DNA from: an uncultured archaeon
Lineage (GTDB): Archaea > Asgardarchaeota > Heimdallarchaeia > Heimdallarchaeales > Kariarchaeaceae
Direction: 5' to 3'
Assembly: GCA_964645535.1 (NCBI GenBank)
Contig: CAZYCQ010000054.1
Location: 1 to 21,773 of the forward strand
Length of the DNA stretch: 21,773 nucleotides
Shown here: positions 15,666 through 21,773 of the stretch, piece by piece
Layout: each line of letters opens with the position of its first letter
How positions within the stretch are numbered: the first letter of the stretch is position 1
Position numbers and translations under genes: made by a program
The notes under the pieces: model-generated
The model's input: only the letters and a program-made list of their open reading frames with translations
Database searches by the model: none
Told to the model about the DNA's origin: nothing

Positions 15666-17794
15666 AACAGACTTCGTTAATCCTGATCATTCTCTTTGTT
15701 GGATCTAGTTTGGCCATTCTCAATGCAAATGCACAAACTACCGATTCAAATTTCACCATCGTAATTGAAACCAATAAGGGAAATCAAAGACGTGAAGCCT
15801 ATGCCAATTATCTGGCAACAGTTCTCCCTTATTTAGGAATTGATGTGGAATTACGGTTCACCCCATTCTCGCAGTTCGTGAATGACCTGCTCTTCACAAG
15901 TCCCAAACCCTACGGCATTAGTATTACCAGCTTTGGAGGAGGCTCTGTTATCGCTCCTGACCTTTATGATCTTTATCACAGCCAAGGCTTCTTCGGAGAC
16001 CTAGCCTACCAGTTGTCATCCAATGAATGGAAATCTTGGTTGGCTCAGGATCTTGGTAGTGGCGGTGTCACCCAAGATTATGTCGATTCACTCATTGACA
16101 ACATCTCCTCTTCCTTGGATCTTACTCAAAGAAAGGAGCTTACCCTTCAATTCCAGCAGATATTCATGGAACAATTGTTATATGACTATCCTCTGCTTGC
16201 ACCTACTGATATCTTCTCAATCTGGCATGGTCTCGACAATTTCGATCCTGTTGAAGGGATATTGGGTTCTGCCTATTTGGGTGCAAAATGGGGTGTGGAA
16301 ACACCTCCTGAACGGCAGAACAATGCATCCACAATTGCTGACATGCTTCTCTCGGTTACTGGAACATTCGATCCTCTACAGGTTTTTGATGCGGAAACTC
16401 AATCTCTCCTGTCTGGACTGTTCCCTCAGCTCCTCATGTTTTCAAAGAAGGATTACAATCCCCACCCATGGTTGGCCAAGGAATTCAACTGGACGACTTG
16501 GTATAATGCTCCAGATACGTCTGGTGGAACTGTTGACATTCCATACGGAAGGATGGACTTCTATCTCTATGACAATTGGCAATGGAGATATCCCAACGGC
16601 ACTGTCTTCGGTCCTGTGACTGTTGATGACGTCAAATTCACATACGATGTGATTAAAGCCGATCATACCCTGATTTCTATCCAGTCCGAATTAGATGGGG
16701 TTGACCACATCGAAGTCAATGCAACAGAAAATCGTGTCTCCCTTTTCATCACCCAACCTGGAATTGATGACCTCTATAATTTCGGAAAAATCCCAATCAT
16801 TCCGTCCGGATTGCTCGGCGGCGATTTGACATTTGCTAATGGTACCATTATCCGTGCCTTGGAAAATACTTCTGCACCATTGGCATATTGGCAGTATGAT
16901 CCCTTTCAAACACAAGAATGGGATGCATTCGAGAACAATCCGGTACAGGCTGGTCCCTATTACATAGACTTTTCTGACCCTAACCAATATAGTCCCGGTC
17001 AATATGTCTATAAATGGGCCAATCCACTGTTCCCCTTCCCCAATGAATGGGACAGCACCAACTTCGATCAGAGGACTCCTGAACCCGAAGATGCATACTT
17101 CTTCACTTGGGCAGATGATCCTAACACACCTGAGAAGGAGAAGCCTAGTGAAATGACCATCAACCAGTTCTATCACCCAATTTCCTCTGACATAAATCTC
17201 GAACTGCAACTCTTCAAGTCGGGCGAAGTCGACTTGACCTCACCCATAAACTTCGGCAGTGCAGAAGTGAAGGCACAGTTAGACGATTCCAAGTTTGATG
17301 TCCACACTACCCCAACTCTTGCAAGTGCAGATCTGCTGATCTTCAACCTGCTTGATCCCAACCTGAAGAAATACAACGTCAGGAGAGCTATAGCACATAT
17401 GGTGGACAAGGTTTCCCTCAACTACATCACTATGAATCTCAGAGAACCTCAAGATTCTCCTGTCAGAACCTTTTACAAAAATACCTTCTATTCTGACCAG
17501 TGGAAAATCCCATTCGATTATGAAGCTGCCAAGCTATTAATGCAGTTCGAAGGGTATTCGGTTCCCGACCTCCCTCTCCAAATGCCGGTGATGTCTTTGA
17601 CTGGTCTTAAGTTCGATAGAATGGATGATTCACTTCAGATGGGCGGGTCATATTCTGCATTTATTGAGGATGAGATGCCTGAAACACCGTCTGAAACAAC
17701 CACCTCCTCAATTCCATGGCTTTGGCTTCTTGGAATTGTAGGGCTCCCAATTATTGCACGAAAAAGGTTTACTGGTAAATTGAAAAGATATTAG
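15662..17794 (+). CDS. Family-5 (OppA/DppA/NikA-like) ABC solute-binding protein, circularly permuted, C-terminally anchored
   Basis: Signal peptide; SBP-5 motifs TFDPL, PWLAKEF, PVTVDDVKFTYD, PVQAGPY, FKSGEVDL, FNLLDPNLKKYNVRRAIAHMVDK, FDYEAAKLLM. The normally C-terminal segment (TNKGNQRREAYANYL...GIDVEL...QRKELTLQFQQIFMEQLLYDYPL) comes first. Ends in a T/S linker, TM helix and basic tail. Confidence 0.85.
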   Translation: MKQTSLILIILFVGSSLAILNANAQTTDSNFTIVIETNKGNQRREAYANYLATVLPYLGIDVELRFTPFSQFVNDLLFTSPKPYGISITSFGGGSVIAPDLYDLYHSQGFFGDLAYQLSSNEWKSWLAQDLGSGGVTQDYVDSLIDNISSSLDLTQRKELTLQFQQIFMEQLLYDYPLLAPTDIFSIWHGLDNFDPVEGILGSAYLGAKWGVETPPERQNNASTIADMLLSVTGTFDPLQVFDAETQSLLSGLFPQLLMFSKKDYNPHPWLAKEFNWTTWYNAPDTSGGTVDIPYGRMDFYLYDNWQWRYPNGTVFGPVTVDDVKFTYDVIKADHTLISIQSELDGVDHIEVNATENRVSLFITQPGIDDLYNFGKIPIIPSGLLGGDLTFANGTIIRALENTSAPLAYWQYDPFQTQEWDAFENNPVQAGPYYIDFSDPNQYSPGQYVYKWANPLFPFPNEWDSTNFDQRTPEPEDAYFFTWADDPNTPEKEKPSEMTINQFYHPISSDINLELQLFKSGEVDLTSPINFGSAEVKAQLDDSKFDVHTTPTLASADLLIFNLLDPNLKKYNVRRAIAHMVDKVSLNYITMNLREPQDSPVRTFYKNTFYSDQWKIPFDYEAAKLLMQFEGYSVPDLPLQMPVMSLTGLKFDRMDDSLQMGGSYSAFIEDEMPETPSETTTSSIPWLWLLGIVGLPIIARKRFTGKLKRY

Positions 17795-18579
17795 AACGCA
17801 AAAAACTGCTTCAAAAGTTTATTTTTCTTTTGTTCTTTATAGTCCTTCAATAAGTCCATAGATGTATCCAGTATTCTATTCAAATTACTCACTTCCTCAT
17901 TTTTCAAACTTAATTTTCCACTAAACAATTCGGGATATTTCCTTGCCTTGACTTTTTGAACTATTTCGCAGAAGAAGGCGGCAAATGAAAGAGGGTCGGA
18001 CTTTATTCTCCAACCATTCTTCATCTCTTCAAGAATAAGAAGCTCCAAGTAAAATGATGGAAGAGGGACATCATGCTGTTTCTTCCAAAATTTAATGATC
18101 CTTGTAAAATGGGAGAACATCCCGTAGGTTTTCCCATTCATCTTTTTGACATTATCTTTGACTGTATGGGGCTCTGTAATGATCTTTTTTTCTCCTTCGG
18201 GTATCAAGTACTGTTGTTCATTTATTTGAATGGCTGGAACAAGCTCAAACTTTACATCATTTAAGACAACGCCTATTGTGTGTTCTTGTGGCCTAATGGA
18301 ATTATCTGGCCACTTCCGCTGTAATTCTCCATATAATTTTTCTTGTGCTTCATGAATGTCCTCTTGGAAGTAATATTTCTTGATCTCCACAAAAATGTCT
18401 ATGTCGGAGGTTGGTAAATTCGTTTTTCGCCCAAATGAACCGCTCGTGAACTTCCTATTGACAAAATCCAAGGAATTAAGAAATCTAAAGATTTCCATTC
18501 GTTGTTTCTTCGCTTTTGCTTTCCACTCCTTGTTGTAAATACTATTTGGTAATTTTGTGTTGAACCATTTCTTGGTCAT
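17791..18579 (-). CDS. cGAS/DncV/OAS-like (SMODS, CD-NTase-type) nucleotidyltransferase
   Basis: Pol-beta signature SGSFGRKTNLPTSDIDIFV, third acid in FELVPA, then YLIP...ITEP, RIIKFWK and SFYLELL, as in SMODS/CD-NTases. Probable ATG 18579 (262 aa) lies about 27 nt after TTATTTAAG; the ORF track starts at TTG 18591. Confidence 0.82.
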   Translation of the reverse strand: MTKKWFNTKLPNSIYNKEWKAKAKKQRMEIFRFLNSLDFVNRKFTSGSFGRKTNLPTSDIDIFVEIKKYYFQEDIHEAQEKLYGELQRKWPDNSIRPQEHTIGVVLNDVKFELVPAIQINEQQYLIPEGEKKIITEPHTVKDNVKKMNGKTYGMFSHFTRIIKFWKKQHDVPLPSFYLELLILEEMKNGWRIKSDPLSFAAFFCEIVQKVKARKYPELFSGKLSLKNEEVSNLNRILDTSMDLLKDYKEQKKNKLLKQFFAF

Positions 18580-18749
18580 GGGTACCCCCAAAACAATGTC
18601 AATCGCTTAAATAATTTTAATAATCCTAAAATAAAGGACCTTTCTTGTTGCCTCACAGAAACCTAAATAGAAAAATAGCACTGCAAATCCAAGCCTATCT
18701 GTATCCTCTCAAAGATTTTTTCAATGCATGTCTTTTCCTTGAAGGATGT

Positions 18750-20603
18750 TTATATGGATCCATAAGCCAAAAATGCCGTGGCAAATGCAAGAAGGAATAC
18801 GATTGCCGAAAAGCCATAGACGAACCAAGGTAACCATGACTTCTTTGTCTTTCTGGTTCTGATTCCCCCTGAATCCGGTACGGCTTCAATTTCATAGACC
18901 CTGAGAACAGGAACCGGAACTCGTGAGAGCCATCCCTTAATTCTTACTTTTGTGTTTTCAAACTCCGGGAGATCGAAAATTGCAAATTGCAGTTGACCGA
19001 TTCTGGTCAGAGATTCCCAGAGCGCAACCATGGATTCTCCATTTTCCTCAATGACAAAATTGTGATCAAAATTGAAGCCGGGAAGCAACCGCCCCATCAC
19101 ACGCCCTTCCACCATGACTGGATGCCTGACATATAGTCCCGTTTTGAACAGGGGACTTGTCTCATCAGCCTCAAGAATCTCGTTGATGGTGGCTTTCCTG
19201 AAGTTGAAGGAATGGGCTGACCTCGCATACCAAAACAGATAAATGCTGAAGGCAAACAATGCCACTGCCCAAATTCCCAGTTTCAGGTATGCAGGCAGGT
19301 TGCCTAAAATAAGAAGGGCATAAGCTCCCACAAAGATGAATGACCAGAATGTGAAATTGGTCACAAGAAACATCATGTCCTTGAGGAAATAGGACTGATA
19401 GAATGACGAGATCTTGAAGTCTACTTTCTGGCTGAGGATAGGCGCCTGACCCAGTTCCATCGCAAGCTCATCCATCATTCCAATGCGATCTGACACCAAT
19501 GGGTGTGAACTGAATAGTCTGAGAACCTTTGCCATCGGCTGGGTTCTTTCCCATTTCAGCACCCGATTCATCCTTTCCTCAGGAGACCTGCTTCCCTGAC
19601 CATAAAATGGCGTCGGACTTGAGAAATGCGCTATGAAGCCCAAGGTGTTCAGGACGTTTCGAGTTTCCTTTGGCTTGGCTTTCTCCATCCGATCCGTTCT
19701 CTCCTTTTCCTTATCTTCATATTTCATCTGGGGCGGAAGAAATTGAGAAGCAACAGTCTCATCTCCTTGAGGCGTAATATCCAGAAGACCATATCCGATT
19801 TTCATCAAGGCAGTGCTCAAGGCATGTGGACTGTTTCCATAGACAAAAATGCTCCCAAAATCTGCCATCGCCTCCCTAGCCCTCGTCAATGAGAGAAGGA
19901 AAAGCATGGAAAGGATATAGAGAAAACGGGTAAAAACTGCCAGACCAAGAATGAATGGATAGACAACCCCTGTCCTACCTGCATTCCTGTTCCTGGCAAG
20001 TTGTCTAAGGAAAGAGTAACAATAGGCAATGAACAGAGGAAAACCTGTGGCAATGGTCAACATGACAAAATCATTGTTCTTGACATGGGAAAGCTCATGT
20101 CCAATCACGGCTTTCATTTCCTCTTCATTCAGGTACTTGAACAGCCCCGCGCTGATGGCGAGCCTTCCGTTCCAATGTCCATGTCCATAGACAAAGGCAT
20201 TCATGGTCTCATCCTTCAGTACCAACACCCTTTTGATCCAAATACCGGTATGTAAAACCTTCTCCTCAAGGAAATCCACAAACCACTCTGGAAGCGGCGA
20301 TTCCCGTAAATCCATGAATTCATACTGGTTCACACCAAAGGTCCATCCAATGACAAGATCCATAAAAATAGGAGACAATGCCCATTGAATGACCACCCAA
20401 GCTATCGCATACATGAAAGCGAACCAGAGATTGAGCAAACTCTCATGAAGATTGAGCTCATATTTCAACGATAGGGCAACGGCAACACTGAGCAGAGCCA
20501 AATAGGAAAGAGCTGCCATCCCCGCAACTGAAATCACAAATCTCCCCCGTAGCTTCCACTTTGTGTGTGAAAAACTAGGGGCGTGCATCATTGACACGCT
20601 CAT
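18750..20603 (-). CDS. M48 (HtpX/Ste24-type) membrane zinc metalloprotease with an extra C-terminal TM and OB-fold-like region
   Basis: MNAFVYG, LNEEEMKAVIGHELSHVKNND (HExxH), RAREAMAD (third ligand), LSTALMKI, SSHPLVSDRI. Multiple TM segments; 617 aa, about twice canonical HtpX. Confidence 0.9.
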   Translation of the reverse strand: MSVSMMHAPSFSHTKWKLRGRFVISVAGMAALSYLALLSVAVALSLKYELNLHESLLNLWFAFMYAIAWVVIQWALSPIFMDLVIGWTFGVNQYEFMDLRESPLPEWFVDFLEEKVLHTGIWIKRVLVLKDETMNAFVYGHGHWNGRLAISAGLFKYLNEEEMKAVIGHELSHVKNNDFVMLTIATGFPLFIAYCYSFLRQLARNRNAGRTGVVYPFILGLAVFTRFLYILSMLFLLSLTRAREAMADFGSIFVYGNSPHALSTALMKIGYGLLDITPQGDETVASQFLPPQMKYEDKEKERTDRMEKAKPKETRNVLNTLGFIAHFSSPTPFYGQGSRSPEERMNRVLKWERTQPMAKVLRLFSSHPLVSDRIGMMDELAMELGQAPILSQKVDFKISSFYQSYFLKDMMFLVTNFTFWSFIFVGAYALLILGNLPAYLKLGIWAVALFAFSIYLFWYARSAHSFNFRKATINEILEADETSPLFKTGLYVRHPVMVEGRVMGRLLPGFNFDHNFVIEENGESMVALWESLTRIGQLQFAIFDLPEFENTKVRIKGWLSRVPVPVLRVYEIEAVPDSGGIRTRKTKKSWLPWFVYGFSAIVFLLAFATAFLAYGSI

Positions 20604-20625
20604 ACATGTTTGAAGGAAGGGGTCA

Positions 20626-20640
20626 TATTTAAAATTTTCC
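20626..20640 (-). promoter_or_regulatory. Putative archaeal BRE/TATA promoter of the M48 protease (leaderless)
   Basis: The minus strand reads GGAAAATTTTAAATA, ending 22 nt before ATG 20603. Confidence 0.6.
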
Positions 20641-20700
20641 TACATCTGCGGATCCCTTCATTTAACCCCGCAATGACCGATCCAAGACAGGATCCCTCCT

Positions 20701-21012
20701 TCAATTGGAACGAGGGTCATCTTCCAGATAGCCAAAAAATGGTGCCAGAAGACTCCGAATCACCTTGATGCGCAAACAGATATTTGCCTTCCCGAACAGG
20801 GTCTCCAACTTCCTTACCGCTTCAGACCTTGCCTCCTGAAGGGTCTCCCCGTCCACAAATATCGGAAGTGAAGGCAACCACCTAACCACCCAATAGGTTC
20901 CTTCCACTTCACATTTCTCCTCGATGATGGCAACTATCAATGGTCTTTTGCCCCGTCTGATCCGCTCCTTCAGATGACGAACCGTTTTCATCTCATTTTC
21001 AAACATGCTCAA
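20701..21012 (-). CDS. HicB-like (UPF0150) protein
   Basis: IIEE...GTYWVVRWLPSLPIFVDGETLQEARSEAVRKLE resembles the HicB pattern YxVxxPxLPGxxTxGETxEEAxxxAxEAL. Start is TTG 21012 or ATG 21006. Confidence 0.6.
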   Translation of the reverse strand: MSMFENEMKTVRHLKERIRRGKRPLIVAIIEEKCEVEGTYWVVRWLPSLPIFVDGETLQEARSEAVRKLETLFGKANICLRIKVIRSLLAPFFGYLEDDPRSN

Positions 21013-21299
21013 GGAATGTCCCTGCCTCCAAATAAAAAGGATGGAGCTTTTCAGTGTTGCTGAACATGGAAGTCAAGCAACAAAAGATAGTGGCTTTTGG
21101 TTCAAAATACAGGAACGAGTTTCTTAGAAATCCCCCCTGCAATCCATTACTTACAATTCCACAATTGCCGTTCCTCTTGCAACATGAAATTTCATCCCCT
21201 TTCCTTTCCCATATCATCAATTCTGCTTTTTCTCATCATATGGGAAAACCATTCCCCAAACCTCCTTTGGAATGCCTCTCTGCAAATGAAAGAAACCTG

Positions 21300-21518
21300 C
21301 AAAATTATGAGTTATCCAATAACATGAATTTTTCTTCCCCAACTTCCCAAAATTTCATTTTCCAAAGGACATGTTTTTTTGCCGGGAATTTCTGTTGGAT
21401 TTGTGGGTCACCCCACCGTTTCGACGGAGGTATTTAAGCAAGGTGTGTCGCGTGTGGTAAATGAAAATCGGAAATTTATTTTCCCTTTTCAGCCACTCAG
21501 GAGGCAGATTCCACCACG
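21300..21518 (+). promoter_or_regulatory. Putative CRISPR leader
   Basis: Non-coding stretch with AT-rich runs directly 5' of the first repeat. TATTTAAG at 21431-21438. Short inverted repeats GTGGG/CCCAC (21403-21416) and CCGT-TTCG-ACGG (21416-21427). The left boundary is approximate. Confidence 0.6.
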
Positions 21519-21773
21519 GTTACAATAGAGGTTTCTAGCTGGTCTAGATTGAAAGTATGTCCGGATATGATGGTGTACTCTCCGTCATGGTGCCATGTTA
21601 CAATAGAGGTTTCTAGCTGGTCTAGATTGAAAGAATGCGTGGGTGACGTCCGAACGTGCCTTCTCCTCCGTTACAATAGAGGTTTCTAGCTGGTCTAGAT
21701 TGAAAGTCCTTAGAGATGAGGTGGGGGGAGGGAGGAGGATACGTTACAATAGAGGTTTCTAGCTGGTCTAGAT
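21519..21773 (+). CRISPR. CRISPR array, 37-bp repeat GTTACAATAGAGGTTTCTAGCTGGTCTAGATTGAAAG, truncated by the window end
   Basis: Identical repeats at 21519-21555, 21597-21633, 21670-21706 and a partial one at 21743-21773. Unique spacers of 41, 36 and 36 bp. The 3' ATTGAAAG handle and TCTAG/CTAGA stem are typical of Cas6-processed class 1 arrays. Confidence 0.98.

Noticed and set aside
17791-18579. Calling the nucleotidyltransferase an archaeal CCA-adding enzyme or a complete CBASS operon
   Set aside because: It is too short for a class I CCA enzyme and lacks its C-terminal domains. No Cap effector or Cap2/3 gene is adjacent.
702-20388. Numerous antisense or nested ORFs from the track (e.g. 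702-1016, 2476-2844, 5184-5852, 9083-9670, 16023-16619, 16691-17209, 19626-19892)
   Set aside because: They lie wholly within well-supported genes, have no motifs, and are best explained as shadow frames.
20999-21437. Short ORFs of 73, 127 and 76 aa as a HicA toxin or small Cas protein
   Set aside because: They have no HicA, Cas2, Cas4 or Cas6 motifs and an atypical composition. The region reads as leader or intergenic DNA.

Overview
This ~21.8 kb window looks archaeal. Several genes have BRE/TATA boxes about 22 nt ahead of leaderless starts, others have GGTGA ribosome-binding sites, and there is a RING-finger ORF and two surface proteins with S/T-linker/TM/basic C-terminal anchors. An Asgard (Heimdallarchaeia-like) origin is inferred, not verified. 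Left to right: MFS transporter, tandem GNAT, VOC protein, and a small hypothetical gene divergent from an N-terminally extended EutA-like ATPase, with a perfect 22-bp palindrome between them. Next is a tightly packed minus-strand operon: a TM-dCache-TM-HAMP-TPR-VWA receptor, an output-less TM-dCache-TM-HAMP receptor, a bacterial-type PLP arginine decarboxylase (SpeA) and a short ORF. Then come a RING-finger protein, an alpha/beta hydrolase, a surface protein coupled to a circularly permuted family-5 solute-binding protein, a solo cGAS/DncV/OAS-like (SMODS) nucleotidyltransferase, an M48/HtpX-type membrane protease and a HicB-like ORF. The window ends in the leader end of a CRISPR array (37-bp repeat, no cas genes in view). 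The best candidate for an undescribed system is the paired dCache-HAMP receptor operon with TPR-VWA output linked to arginine decarboxylase. The effector-less nucleotidyltransferase near the array and the permuted binding protein come next. All calls come from motif reading by eye; no searches were run.
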